DNA of 64,000 nucleotides from an uncultured Chloroflexia bacterium (GTDB taxonomy: Bacteria; Chloroflexota; Ktedonobacteria; Ktedonobacterales; Ktedonobacteraceae). Below the pieces are notes generated by a model that worked only from the letters and a program-made list of their open reading frames with translations, was not told the origin of the DNA and searched no databases. Positions 1-9,605 of the stretch are shown in pieces; the stretch's first letter is position 1; each line of letters starts with the position of its first letter. A program made the position numbers and the translations under genes. The stretch lies in assembly GCA_963717195.1 (NCBI GenBank), contig CAVQVR010000021.1, forward strand, positions 204,934 to 268,933. Direction: 5' to 3'.

Positions 1-72
1 TCTCCCTGGTTCTTTCATGCGGGTGGGGCTAGATTTATCGCGCCCGCCGTATTAGATAATGGGCAATACAGT

Positions 73-1416
73 ATGCGTATTATGATTGTGACGGATCAGT
101 ATCCACCAATGGTCGGGGGTGTGCCTACAGTTACCTATGGCCTGGCGATGGACTTCGCGAACCGGGGGCATCAGGTGTGGGTTGTCGCGCCCAGTTACGG
201 AGCGCATGACACACGTAGTGTGGAGGATAAAGTACGGGTCAATCGCTTTTCCTCCTTTGAGTGGCCTGCCTATGAAGGATTACGCATTCCCTTTTTACCA
301 TTTGTGCCAGTCCGCAACTTGATTAAAAAGACCGATCCCGACATCATTCACATCCATTCACCAATTGTACTGGGAAACATCGCACAAATTCTGGCTGGCG
401 GTCTGCGCAAACCAGTTATCGCCACTAATCATTATATGCCCACTAATATAAGCAGTTCATTGATGTCGGACCCCTTCATTGGCAAGTATCTCAATAGTAT
501 TACCTACTCGTACCTGGTCCATTTCTGCAATCGTTGCGAGTACGTCACGACGCCAACGCAAACAGCCTTGAATCTCCTCTATGAGCATGGACTACGCGCA
601 CCAGCACGGCCAATCTCCAACGGCATCGACCTGCAGAAGTTCTCGCCCGGTGCCAGAGAGCCTGAAGTGCTCCAGCGCTTCAAATTGCCAACCGAACAAC
701 CATTATTGCTACATGTCAACCGTCTCAGTGAGGAGAAGCGCATAGATGTACTGATCGATGCAATGGCAAAAATAAAGAGCAACACGCATCTCGCCCTGGT
801 TAGTACCGGTCCTGCGGAGGCGGAATTGCGTGCACAGGTAGAACGCTTGCATTTGCAGGAACGCGTCAGCTTCCTGGGCTTTGTGCAAGAAGAAGACCTG
901 CTCCTGCTGCGTCGTGCGGCAGACTTCTTCGCGATCCCTTCGGAGGCCGAGTTACAGAGCCTGGCAACCATGGAGGCAATGGCCTGTGGTCTTCCCGTAA
1001 TTGCCGCCAATGCGTGGGCACTCCCCGAACTGGTCCATAATGAAGAGAATGGATTTTTGTTCCAGCCCGGCAATAGCAACGAACTGGCACAGTATATCGA
1101 TATTCTCGCGAACGATGCACCCCTGCGGAAACGTATGGGAGTAGAGAGCCTGCATATTATCGCCAGGCACGACCGTAGCAAGGTATTAGAAGAGTGGGAA
1201 GAGTTGTACCGACGATTGGCAATAGAATTTCACGATGCGAAAGAACGCAGGAAACAACTGCGGCTAGCGCAAAAAAATCGCCTCAGGATTCCACAAGAGT
1301 TGCAGGATGTCCAGTTACCCCATATTCGGCGCACTGGCGACCTGGCATTTGACCAGTCACAGGGGAATAGAAGACAGCGCAGGAAAAGTAGAACGGACTA
1401 CGTGGAAGAGCCATAA
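73..1416 (+). CDS. Glycosyltransferase family 4 (GT-B, group 1 glycosyl transferase)
   Basis: 447 aa ORF. The N-terminus (IVTDQYPPMVGGVPTV) is typical of GT4 enzymes. The C-terminal EAELQSLATMEAMACGLPVIA matches the GT4 nucleotide-sugar binding motif region. Confidence 0.8.
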   Translation: MRIMIVTDQYPPMVGGVPTVTYGLAMDFANRGHQVWVVAPSYGAHDTRSVEDKVRVNRFSSFEWPAYEGLRIPFLPFVPVRNLIKKTDPDIIHIHSPIVLGNIAQILAGGLRKPVIATNHYMPTNISSSLMSDPFIGKYLNSITYSYLVHFCNRCEYVTTPTQTALNLLYEHGLRAPARPISNGIDLQKFSPGAREPEVLQRFKLPTEQPLLLHVNRLSEEKRIDVLIDAMAKIKSNTHLALVSTGPAEAELRAQVERLHLQERVSFLGFVQEEDLLLLRRAADFFAIPSEAELQSLATMEAMACGLPVIAANAWALPELVHNEENGFLFQPGNSNELAQYIDILANDAPLRKRMGVESLHIIARHDRSKVLEEWEELYRRLAIEFHDAKERRKQLRLAQKNRLRIPQELQDVQLPHIRRTGDLAFDQSQGNRRQRRKSRTDYVEEP

Positions 1417-1522
1417 TTTCAGTATCCTGAAGCGGGTCGCAAAAGAATGGTAGCTCCTACCGCTTCCGGTGGGGAAAGTATACCTCTCAAACACGAAGAG
1501 GTCAAATGAAAATGCACTAGAA

Positions 1523-1777
1523 CTAATCTCCCCAGCGACGGTGGAGTTTGCGGGCCAGCCGACGTTCGACATCCCAGCGCATCTGAATATAATAGTAGCG
1601 CAACCAGGCAGTGAAGCGTTCCCAGAATGAAGGTGGTGGGGGAGTAAAAGAGCGACGGGTATGTTCGTAAGAGTCATCTGTCGGTACAGGGACAGGTGAA
1701 CGCGGTAGCATCCACCTTCCAGGGTGCTTTTTTTGATGATCATTCGATGAAGGAAAGGCGTCACGCTTCTTTTTCAT
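1523..1777 (-). CDS. Hypothetical small protein (about 84 aa), no recognisable family
   Basis: The ATG at 1777 is preceded by a GGAGG Shine-Dalgarno (ccctggaggtttgATG). The product is basic and Pro/Trp/Tyr-containing (…SFWERFTAWLRYYYIQMRWDVERRL…). It is convergent with the GT4 gene. No homology recognised. Confidence 0.3.
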   Translation of the reverse strand: MKKKRDAFPSSNDHQKKHPGRWMLPRSPVPVPTDDSYEHTRRSFTPPPPSFWERFTAWLRYYYIQMRWDVERRLARKLHRRWGD

Positions 1778-1878
1778 CAAACCTCCAGGGTAAAGATCCC
1801 ACCAAAGTCATTGCAACATTACTCTTCTCTTGTAGTATAGACGCTCTTATTCTATTTGTCCAATGCCTTTCTAAGAGG

Positions 1879-1958
1879 GGTGCCGTTCATTTTGTGGCGC
1901 TGATGTAGGGGTGCGATTGCATAAGCCCGTGCATCAGCGCCACAAAATGAACGGCACC
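1879..1958. repeat. Perfect 27-bp-arm inverted repeat hairpin whose loop carries a GTAGGGGTGCGATTGCATAAGCCC copy of the dispersed repeat family
   Basis: Left arm ggtgccgttcattttgtggcgctgatg. Loop taggggtgcgattgcataagcccgtg. Right arm catcagcgccacaaaatgaacggcacc. This palindrome creates the spurious mirror ORFs 1696..1908(+) and 1887..2084(-). Confidence 0.8.
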
Positions 1959-2266
1959 TTGTAAGGAGAGCAAACACCTGTTTGGAAAAATTTGGGATGA
2001 CTCATACGGGGTTTTGGGATGTCCCCAACGCTTCTCTTTCTTCTTTCCATTAGTACTTTTTACATGTGATTTGGCTTCACACACATGTTTTGTTATACTG
2101 GACTCTGAAGCAAGGGATTTAGTTCACTTGTTGGGGCATCCTCAGATGCCCTATTTTCAATGCGCTGTGATAAAGAAGGATGAGAGATCAAACGATGCTC
2201 CCAGATTACTTTATATATAAGCGCCCACAATTTTTGCCTGGATTTAAACAGGGAAAGGGGTTAGAC

Positions 2267-2608
2267 ATGTTGTCTGAAGACGAAGACGAAGAGAGACTCA
2301 CCCCCATGACCACAGCGGAAGCGGGACGTAAGGGAGGAAGTACGGTACGTGACAAATATGGCGAGGATTACTATCGCCGCATTGGAAAAAAGGGAGGCAC
2401 GACACTTAAAGAGAAGAGAGGGAGTGAATATTACCGCGAAATTGCTCAGAAAGGCGGCCAGGCCAACGTAGACAAGTATGGCCCGGACCACTTTTCAGAA
2501 ATGGGCAAAAAAGGCGGCAATACGACCAAACAACGACAAGATCCGGACTTCTATAGTCGCATCGGTAAGCTGGGCGGTGCTGCCAAACGGCAAAAGAAAT
2601 CGACGTAG
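2267..2608 (+). CDS. KGG-repeat general stress protein (YciG/Con-10-like)
   Basis: There are four to five tandem repeats of a KGG motif followed by YY/FY (…RKGGSTVRDKYGEDYYRRIGKKGGTTLKEKRGSEYYREIAQKGGQANVDKYGPDHFSEMGKKGGNT…). The ATG at 2267 is preceded by gggaaagggg, an RBS-like sequence. The longer ORF from 2180 has no RBS. Confidence 0.7.
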   Translation: MLSEDEDEERLTPMTTAEAGRKGGSTVRDKYGEDYYRRIGKKGGTTLKEKRGSEYYREIAQKGGQANVDKYGPDHFSEMGKKGGNTTKQRQDPDFYSRIGKLGGAAKRQKKST

Positions 2609-2623
2609 CGTCCTGACAATAGT

Positions 2624-2722
2624 GCGGGCTTATAAATCGCGCCCGTACAAATCGCGCCCGTACACCACCAAGCCCATCAATCATCTGGTGTGCGGGCTTA
2701 TAAATCACGTCCGTACACCATC
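2624..2722. repeat. Two direct partial copies of the dispersed repeat terminal sequence (GCGGGCTTATAAATCGCGCCCGTACACC)
   Basis: First copy 2624-2668: gcgggcttataaatcgcgcccgtacaaatcgcgcccgtacaccacc. Second copy 2692-2722: gcgggcttataaatcacgtccgtacaccatc. They lie between convergent genes, and the second overlaps the true 3' end of plsX. Confidence 0.75.
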
Positions 2723-3777
2723 AATGCCCGTCAATCTGCTCAATGGACGGCTCTTTGCTTCTCGTGTGAGATTGAAAGATTGCGCTGGCAACGCCGGTCT
2801 CGGCGGTCTGGCGAGCGACGCGCAGGGCATTCTTGATTGCTTTTGCGTTAGAGCGGCCATGGGAGACGATAGCAGACCCATTAATACCCAATAACGGGAC
2901 GCCACCGTATTCGGCATAGTCCAGGCGTTTCCCGAATCTTGCGCAGACCAGGGCGCAAGACAGCGGCAGCGAGCTTATTCACTAAAGAACTGGTCATCTC
3001 GGTGCGGATCAGCCCGAGCAGCGTTTCGGCCAGCCCCTCGCTCAGTTTGAGCACCACATTCCCCGTGAAACCATCGCACACGATCACATCAGCTCCACCT
3101 GTAGGGATATCGCGCCCCTCGACGTTGCCAATAAAGTTGAGGCCTAGCGTCGGGGCCGTATTTTTGAGCAACTGATGCGTCTCAATGACGAGCTGGTTTC
3201 CTTTCAATTCTTCTTCACCGTTTGCCAGCAGGCCGACGCGAGGAGATTGCACGTGAAAGATGCGCTCCATATAAATAGATCCCATGAGTGCAAACTGCTG
3301 TAAATATTCGGGTTTGCAGTCTGTATTTGCGCCGATATCAACAACGAGGCAGATACCGTCTCTGGTGGGGAAGATACCGCCGAGAGCAGGACGATCAATG
3401 CCGGGGATGCGCTTCAGAGTGAAAAGCGCAGCAGCCATCATTGCGCCACTATTGCCAGCAGAAACGGCTCCCAAAGCGGCACCATCGCGTACCTGCTGGA
3501 GGGCAATGGTCATTGAGGCGTTCTTTTTGCGGCGCACAGCATTGGCAGGATGCTCATCCATCTCAATCATTTCGTCAGTGTGGATGATAGGCAGATCGAG
3601 TCCACTGGTATCGTGTTTCGCAAGCTCGGCACGAATAGCATCCTCGCGTCCGACGAGGTAGACGCCCATATGATACTCGCGGGCGGCCTGTATGGCCCCT
3701 AGCACAACTTCGCCAGGAGCATTATCACCACCCATGGCATCCAGAGCAACGCGAATAGGAGCATTCTCGGTGCTCAT
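2721..3777 (-). CDS. plsX: Phosphate acyltransferase PlsX, with an apparent single-base frameshift near 2927-2933
   Basis: The N-terminal 281 aa ([31 protein letters not shown]…) are canonical PlsX. The annotated frame ends as …[21 protein letters not shown]. The +1 frame read from there gives the expected PlsX C-terminus [40 protein letters not shown]…IEQIDGH*, ending at 2721. One extra T in the gtttccc run explains the break. Confidence 0.8.
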
Positions 3778-4160
3778 GCACGTTTTCCTTCTGGCTCTCC
3801 GATAGTCTTTCTCACAAGGTCAACCAGTTTGTCGAGATCAAATGGTTTATACACAATGTGAACGACGCCAGCTTCGCGGAACTCTTGCTCTTCGTTCCCC
3901 GCGTTTAAGAAGGCCGTAACGACAATGACTGGTATCTGGCGATCAACGGCCATCGCCATCAACTTTAACTCATCGCGACCATCCAGGTAAGGCATCATCA
4001 GGTCAAGCAGGACAAGGTCTGGTTGATGCTCGCGGATAGCATCGTAGAAGCGCAGGCTCTGCGTCGACATGTACGTTTCATAGCCCTCATCGGCAAGAGC
4101 TTCAGTGAGCAGGTCGGCAATAGTCGGATCATCGTCCATAATCAGTATTTTTTTCGCCAT
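3774..4160 (-). CDS. Single-domain response regulator (CheY-like receiver)
   Basis: 128 aa with ILIMDDDP…DLVLLDLMMPYLDG…K receiver motifs. Its stop overlaps the plsX start (ATGA), which indicates translational coupling. Confidence 0.8.
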   Translation of the reverse strand: MAKKILIMDDDPTIADLLTEALADEGYETYMSTQSLRFYDAIREHQPDLVLLDLMMPYLDGRDELKLMAMAVDRQIPVIVVTAFLNAGNEEQEFREAGVVHIVYKPFDLDKLVDLVRKTIGEPEGKRA

Positions 4161-4441
4161 AAAGCGGTATTCCCCTCATCTCAAAAACAACCAACGGTTT
4201 GTTCACCATTATAACATCCGTATTATAACACCTTGTTGTGAGAGAGTATATGCTATTTTGTTTGGGGCTATCATCCTTTAACGAGCACCCACAAGGGGAT
4301 GCCGCCCCTACTTAAATTGTTAAACGCGTAATAATTATTATGATACGCAACATGCACGCCTCGCAATTTTATTTACAGAGCGACGATACATAGGTTATAC
4401 TACTCACTATTAGATAGTCAACCAGAAGAAACGATAGGCGT

Positions 4442-6349
4442 ATGGTATCTTCATCTCTTTTTTGCCCCACCTGCGGTGCCGCTAATTCTGCGCAAGCGGA
4501 CGAATGCTTTACATGCGGGCAAACAATAGGAGCAACGCTTGCCAACCCTCTCCAAAGAATATTAAGACAACGCTACCTGATTCTGGAACAGATAGGGCAA
4601 GGCGGGTTTGGAGCGGTATACAAGGTGTCTGATTCTCAATTGGGAGATCGCCTGCTGGCAATTAAGGAGATGAGCCAGAACGGGCTGAGCGGGCAAAATA
4701 TACAGGAGGAATTAGAACAGTTTAAGCGTGAAGCAATGCTGCTAGCTGGATTGATGCATCCCAATCTTCCACGCATCTACGATTCTTTTACGGAAGATGG
4801 CCGCTGGTACCTCGTCATGGATTTTATTGATGGGCAGACGCTGGAGGACTATCTTGAACAGGCTGATGAAGGGAAGCTACCGATTGAAGAGGTACTCGAA
4901 ATTGGTATTCAGTTATGTTCGGTACTTGATTATTTGCACACGCGCCAGCCACCGATTATCTTCCGTGATCTCAAGCCAACGAATATTATGCGTACATCTT
5001 CGGGGCAGCTTTACCTGATTGATTTTGGTATCGCGCGCCACTTCAAGCCAGGACAGGCAAAAGATACTATTGCTCTCGGCTCGCCTGGTTACGCAGCTCC
5101 TGAACAATATGGCAAGGCGCAAACAACACCAGCCGCCGACATCTATAGCCTGGGAGCCTTGTTGCACTCGATGTTGACCGGCAGCGATCCTTCCATAACG
5201 CCTTTTTGTTTCGATCCTTTGCACCTGCATGGCATCCAGGCAGCGGAATTGGAAGCTCTGCTGGAACACATGGTTGAGATAAATGTAAGCAAACGTCCCG
5301 TCAGTGCAGCTATTGTGAGAGAACAGCTACAACAGTTGCAGAAGATAGCTACAAATTCAGCACATAGAGCAGCGTTGGATATCCCTGCTGGGGGAAAGTC
5401 CATACCTGCACTGAAGCCACAGCAAACGATCTACCGCAACCATACAGACAGTATTACCAGCCTGGTATGGTCGCCAGATGGAACGAAGATTGTCTCAGGT
5501 GATAAAGATACGAGAGTCCATATATGGAACGCACTGAGCGGAGAGCCTCTGGCACAGATTTATGGATTTAGCGGACAACTACGCTGGCGCAACGCTATAG
5601 CATGGTCACGCGGCGGCATACACATTGCCCTGTTTGGCGAAGGTGATGAGAAGACAGCGTTGCGCTGGGACGCAGCAAGTGGAGAGCGTATTTTTTGCTA
5701 CTATGAGCGACGAAAGAGAGTCGGTGCGGTCGCATGGTCGCCGGAGAGTCAGTACCTGGCATTAGGGAATAATGATAGAATGGTACAGGTTCGAGACATA
5801 AGACGAGGAGAGATTATTTTTACGTACTGTGGTCACCGCGAATCATTACGCCTGAACAGAGTCAATGCGGTTGCGTGGTCGCCCAATGGCCTTTATGTGG
5901 CATCAGGTACCAGGAGTGACGGCGTCCACGTCTGGCAAGTTTCCACAGGCGAAACCATTCAGATTTACATAAGCCATGCGGCTGAATTAACGACGCTGGC
6001 ATGGTCGCCCGATGGCAAATACATTGCATCAGGTGGTGGCGACGATACGGTACAGGTATGGGAAGCGGCAACAAAGAAACGTATTTTCACCTATCATGGT
6101 CATGCAGGCATCGATACTGGTGCCGGAATAAGCGCGATTGCATGGTCGCCCGATGGAACATATATTGCATCAGCCAGAGGTGGAGATGATACTACAGTGC
6201 AGGTATGGACGGCCTTCACCGGCACGAATGCCTTAACATATACAGCACATACGGAGCAGGTCAATGTGCTCACGTGGTCACCCGATGGAACGCGTATTGC
6301 TTCGGGTAGCAATGATAGAACTATCCGTGTGTGGCATATAAACTCTTAA
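4442..6349 (+). CDS. Ser/Thr protein kinase with N-terminal Cys4 zinc ribbon and C-terminal WD40 repeats (paralog 1)
   Basis: Zinc ribbon CPTCGAAN…CFTCGQ. Kinase motifs are present: GQGGFGAVYK, AIKEM, FRDLKPTN catalytic loop, DFGIARHF, GSPGYAAPEQ. About seven WD repeats carry an AWSPDG signature. Confidence 0.9.
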   Translation: MVSSSLFCPTCGAANSAQADECFTCGQTIGATLANPLQRILRQRYLILEQIGQGGFGAVYKVSDSQLGDRLLAIKEMSQNGLSGQNIQEELEQFKREAMLLAGLMHPNLPRIYDSFTEDGRWYLVMDFIDGQTLEDYLEQADEGKLPIEEVLEIGIQLCSVLDYLHTRQPPIIFRDLKPTNIMRTSSGQLYLIDFGIARHFKPGQAKDTIALGSPGYAAPEQYGKAQTTPAADIYSLGALLHSMLTGSDPSITPFCFDPLHLHGIQAAELEALLEHMVEINVSKRPVSAAIVREQLQQLQKIATNSAHRAALDIPAGGKSIPALKPQQTIYRNHTDSITSLVWSPDGTKIVSGDKDTRVHIWNALSGEPLAQIYGFSGQLRWRNAIAWSRGGIHIALFGEGDEKTALRWDAASGERIFCYYERRKRVGAVAWSPESQYLALGNNDRMVQVRDIRRGEIIFTYCGHRESLRLNRVNAVAWSPNGLYVASGTRSDGVHVWQVSTGETIQIYISHAAELTTLAWSPDGKYIASGGGDDTVQVWEAATKKRIFTYHGHAGIDTGAGISAIAWSPDGTYIASARGGDDTTVQVWTAFTGTNALTYTAHTEQVNVLTWSPDGTRIASGSNDRTIRVWHINS

Positions 6350-6466
6350 TACAATTTTAATTGACATTTGATCCTATTGTATATACATTTTCTCTGGTGA
6401 CAGCAAGAGCCAATGGCCTTTCACGGCTCGTTTGAGGATACTGAAACGAGAAGTTTTTAAAAATGC

Positions 6467-6500
6467 TTGACAAGGATGCAGCATCTGTATTAATGTACAT
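6467..6500 (+). promoter_or_regulatory. Putative sigma-70 promoter of kinase paralog 2 (TTGACAAG…N…TTAATGTACAT)
   Basis: It lies about 50 nt upstream of the start. The architecture is nearly identical upstream of paralogs 3 and 4. Confidence 0.45.
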
Positions 6501-6546
6501 CCGTTGCACCAACAAATACAAATAAATCAAACCAGGATGTATAAAT

Positions 6547-8454
6547 TTGCTTTCCTCCATACTTTATTGTCCCCATTGCGGGGCTAAGAATAAGGCACAG
6601 GCTGCAAATTGCTTCGTCTGTCGACGGGCGTTCTATGATATTGGTATTGGTACAGCAGGCCTGGCGGCCATACAACCCCTTCTGAAGCAACGTTACCGCA
6701 TAGTGAGTCTGGCCGGGCGGGGTGGTATGGGTGCCGTCTATAAAGCTACAGATATTGAATTGGGCAACCGACTCGTAGCGGTCAAGGAAATGAGCCAGCG
6801 CGGGTTGAATGGACGAGAAAAAGCAGAGGCGGTCAGAGGCTTCAAACACGAGGCGCTCTTGCTCGCAGGTCTTCAGCATGCCCATTTGCCACGTATTTAT
6901 GATCACTTTTTGGAGAATGGGCACTGGTACCTCGTCATGGATTTCATTGCCGGCGAGACGCTAGAAAACTACCTCGCGCGGATGCCCGGGCGCAGGCTCC
7001 CACTTGAGGAAGTACTCGACTATGGTATTCAGTTATGTACAGTCCTGGAGTATCTGCACACCCGGCAGCCACCCATCATCTTTCGTGATTTAAAGCCAAC
7101 CAACATTATGCGCTCCACCGAGGGACAACTCTACCTGATTGATTTTGGCATTGCGCGTCACTTCAAGCCAGGACAAGAAAAAGACACGGCGGCATTCGGG
7201 TCACCGGGCTATGCTGCGCCGGAACAATATGGTCAGACCCAGACGACCCCTCGCACCGATATCTACAATCTGGGCGCAATCTTACATCAGATGCTCACTG
7301 GAAAAAATCCTGCACAAACGCCATTTTTCTTTGCGTCACTACCACTAGAGTTGGAAGGAACCGGCATACAAGCATTGTTGGCAAATATGCTTGCGTTACA
7401 AATGCAGCAGCGGCTACCCAATGTGATAGTTGTGAAACAGGCATTACAGCAGATTGCCATGAAAGCTCCACGCGGCCACAGCCGGGCGCTCGTGCTCAGA
7501 ATTCAGGCACCCTCGCCGCAAAAAGTACGTACGATGCCTTCCTCTGTAGGAGCACTCATTTCCACCTTCGCAGAACATAGTGATTGGATCTCGAAGGTTG
7601 CATGGTCGCCGGATGGACAACAAGTTGCCTCAGCCAGTTACGATGGAAGCGTCCAGATCTGGAATGCCTTTACCATCAGGCCCGTCACAATATACAAGCA
7701 GCAACGCCTGAAGGTTTTTGGGCAACCGCGCGTCAATGCTGTCGCCTGGTCACCGAGTGGACAGGAGATCGCAATTGCCAGTGATAACAAAAGCGTAGAG
7801 ATCTGGAACGTTACGACTACAAAAAAACTCTTTGCGTTCCGCGAGCACTCTGATAGTGTGCGTTCCGTGGCATGGGCACCGGACGGTCGGAAAATCGCGT
7901 CAGTGAGCGGCTACAAAACGTATGTGTGGAACGCCAGGAACGGAAAAACGATTACCATGCATAGTGCATCCAGAGACGAGATTCAAGATGTAGCATGGTC
8001 GCCCAACAGCAAGTATCTTGCCACCGCCAACAAGCTACAGATTGTGCGTATTTTTGAGCTTTCGACGCAGATGGAATTTTTACAGGGGACATCCTATGGC
8101 AATCATAAAGGTGCCGTACAGGCTGTGGCATGGGCTCCCGATGGTATCCGCATAGCCTCGGCGGCTGATGACAAAACGGTCCAGATCTGGAATGGGTTGA
8201 CTGGCAATCTTCTTCTGACTTACACAGCCCACGAGACAACCATCAAAGCTATTACATGGTCGCCTACTGGGAAGTACATCGCATCAGCAGGTAATGATGG
8301 AACGATACAGATCTGGGATGCGCTCACCGGCAATCATCTCTTTACGTTCCAGAAACATAGTGCTCCCATCCATACCGTAGCCTGGTCGCCGGATGGCAGG
8401 TACATCGCCTCGGGAGGTGCAGACAAGGTCGTTCATATCTGGCAAGCTACCTGA
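6547..8454 (+). CDS. Zinc-ribbon Ser/Thr kinase-WD40 protein (paralog 2)
   Basis: Same architecture as paralog 1: CPHCGAKN…CFVCRR ribbon, FRDLKPTN, DFGIARHF, APE, AWSPDG repeats. TTG start as in the ORF track. Confidence 0.9.
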   Translation: MLSSILYCPHCGAKNKAQAANCFVCRRAFYDIGIGTAGLAAIQPLLKQRYRIVSLAGRGGMGAVYKATDIELGNRLVAVKEMSQRGLNGREKAEAVRGFKHEALLLAGLQHAHLPRIYDHFLENGHWYLVMDFIAGETLENYLARMPGRRLPLEEVLDYGIQLCTVLEYLHTRQPPIIFRDLKPTNIMRSTEGQLYLIDFGIARHFKPGQEKDTAAFGSPGYAAPEQYGQTQTTPRTDIYNLGAILHQMLTGKNPAQTPFFFASLPLELEGTGIQALLANMLALQMQQRLPNVIVVKQALQQIAMKAPRGHSRALVLRIQAPSPQKVRTMPSSVGALISTFAEHSDWISKVAWSPDGQQVASASYDGSVQIWNAFTIRPVTIYKQQRLKVFGQPRVNAVAWSPSGQEIAIASDNKSVEIWNVTTTKKLFAFREHSDSVRSVAWAPDGRKIASVSGYKTYVWNARNGKTITMHSASRDEIQDVAWSPNSKYLATANKLQIVRIFELSTQMEFLQGTSYGNHKGAVQAVAWAPDGIRIASAADDKTVQIWNGLTGNLLLTYTAHETTIKAITWSPTGKYIASAGNDGTIQIWDALTGNHLFTFQKHSAPIHTVAWSPDGRYIASGGADKVVHIWQAT

Positions 8455-9328
8455 TCAATAAGTTAAGAAAGGCCTGAGCAGCTCTAGATAAGTGTATTTT
8501 CTGTGAGTACACAATGTAAATAAAGGTATCATCGTGTCGCCAGACACGTTCAAAGAGAGTGGGTTGTGTCACTCTCTCTTCAAGAAAGAGCAGTTCGACC
8601 TCTTGCGCCTCCAGCTTTTCCACAGCCATCTGAGTATCGGCAATAGAGAGTGTCAATTCAATATTTGGATAGAGCATTTTGTAGCGATCGACGAGATGAG
8701 AGAGCAAGAGTGCGTTAATAAATGTGCTAGACGCGACTGCCAAGTGGCCACGACGCAGATTTCGCAATTCATCCAAAACTGTCTCTACGTCCTCATGAAC
8801 TGGTTGTTTCTGATGCGCTGAGAGCTTCTGCATTTTGCGAAACGCTTCCTGTTCCTCCAAACTCTGTCTTTCCATCAAAAGTCCTTTGGTCCGCTCAATC
8901 GTTTTGCGTGTCTCCAGTTGCTCGGACAGGAGACGTATGCGTTCCTCCATAGCAGACAGCCGCTGATAATGACTCAGCGCCATCTCAACAGCGGGAACGA
9001 CCTCGCTTTCTTGCAAAGGCTTAATAAGATAATTGATAACGCCAGCATCTTTAGCGCGTTGTATGAGCGCCTGATCGGTATAAGCAGTGAGTAATATAAC
9101 GGGGGCAATCTTCTCGTGCACCAGTATCTCAGCAGCGGTGAGGCCATCCATATCTGGCATATGAATGTCCATAATCACAAGGTCAGGGCGTTGTGAGCGG
9201 GCCATAGCAACCACACTCAGCCCATCCATAGCCTCGTCAATCACCACATACCCACGTCGCGTCAATACATCTTTCAGATCCATACGTTGAAGCGGCTCAT
9301 CGTCCGCAATAATAATACGTGCTGCCAT
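8447..9328 (-). CDS. Response regulator with REC + ANTAR RNA-binding domains and an unusual about 100 aa C-terminal LysR substrate-binding-like extension
   Basis: REC: IIIADDEPLQRMDL…DLVIMDIHMPDMDG. ANTAR: ERTKGLLMERQSLEEQEAFRKMQKLS…VETVLDEL, which aligns with the canonical 190 aa REC-ANTAR protein at 34016. The extra tail is HLAVASSTFINALLLSHLVDRYKMLYPNIELTLSIADTQMAVEKLEAQEVELLFLE…. It is convergent with kinase 2 and overlaps it by 8 nt. Confidence 0.75.
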   Translation of the reverse strand: MAARIIIADDEPLQRMDLKDVLTRRGYVVIDEAMDGLSVVAMARSQRPDLVIMDIHMPDMDGLTAAEILVHEKIAPVILLTAYTDQALIQRAKDAGVINYLIKPLQESEVVPAVEMALSHYQRLSAMEERIRLLSEQLETRKTIERTKGLLMERQSLEEQEAFRKMQKLSAHQKQPVHEDVETVLDELRNLRRGHLAVASSTFINALLLSHLVDRYKMLYPNIELTLSIADTQMAVEKLEAQEVELLFLEERVTQPTLFERVWRHDDTFIYIVYSQKIHLSRAAQAFLNLLIR

Positions 9329-9527
9329 CGCTCCCTTTCACAACCCGTTTGAGTGTACTGACACGGGCTCCATAAGCGCTTTTTTCGCTCTCGAAAAGTA
9401 TAGCATACATAGTAGCTAAAATTCGATACGATTAAACGTTTACTTATTCCTGATAAGATTAGATTTGCTATTTCCCCATCTACTGGAATTACGTTGGGCT
9501 GCGGGGAGACTTCTGCAAAAAAGGCAC

Positions 9528-9565
9528 TTGACAAGCGCATAGCAAGTGGACTATTGTACAACATA
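9528..9565 (+). promoter_or_regulatory. Putative promoter of kinase paralog 3 (TTGACAAG…CTATTGTACAAC)
   Basis: Conserved TTGACAA / TGTACA architecture shared with paralogs 2 and 4. Confidence 0.4.
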
Positions 9566-9605
9566 CATCATAAGCATATATATTTATAAGGATATAAGAT
9601 CTATT

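Noticed and set aside
579-1181. 200-aa minus-strand ORF inside the GT4 gene
   Set aside because: It is antisense to a well-supported GT4 CDS and has an Arg/Ser-rich composition typical of a GC-skewed antisense frame.
1696-2084. ORFs 1696..1908(+) and 1887..2084(-) sharing the peptide GAVHFVALM
   Set aside because: They are mirror-image artefacts of the 27-bp-arm palindrome at 1879-1958.
2624-2722. Short direct repeats considered as a possible CRISPR array
   Set aside because: There are only two partial copies with no regular spacer structure and no cas genes. They match the dispersed MITE-like terminal sequence.
9546-9605. ATG 9546 start for kinase paralog 3
   Set aside because: The MDYCTTYIISIYIYKDIRSI extension is AT-rich and has no counterpart in the four paralogs. 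GTG 9606 with an upstream aagga aligns with their N-termini.
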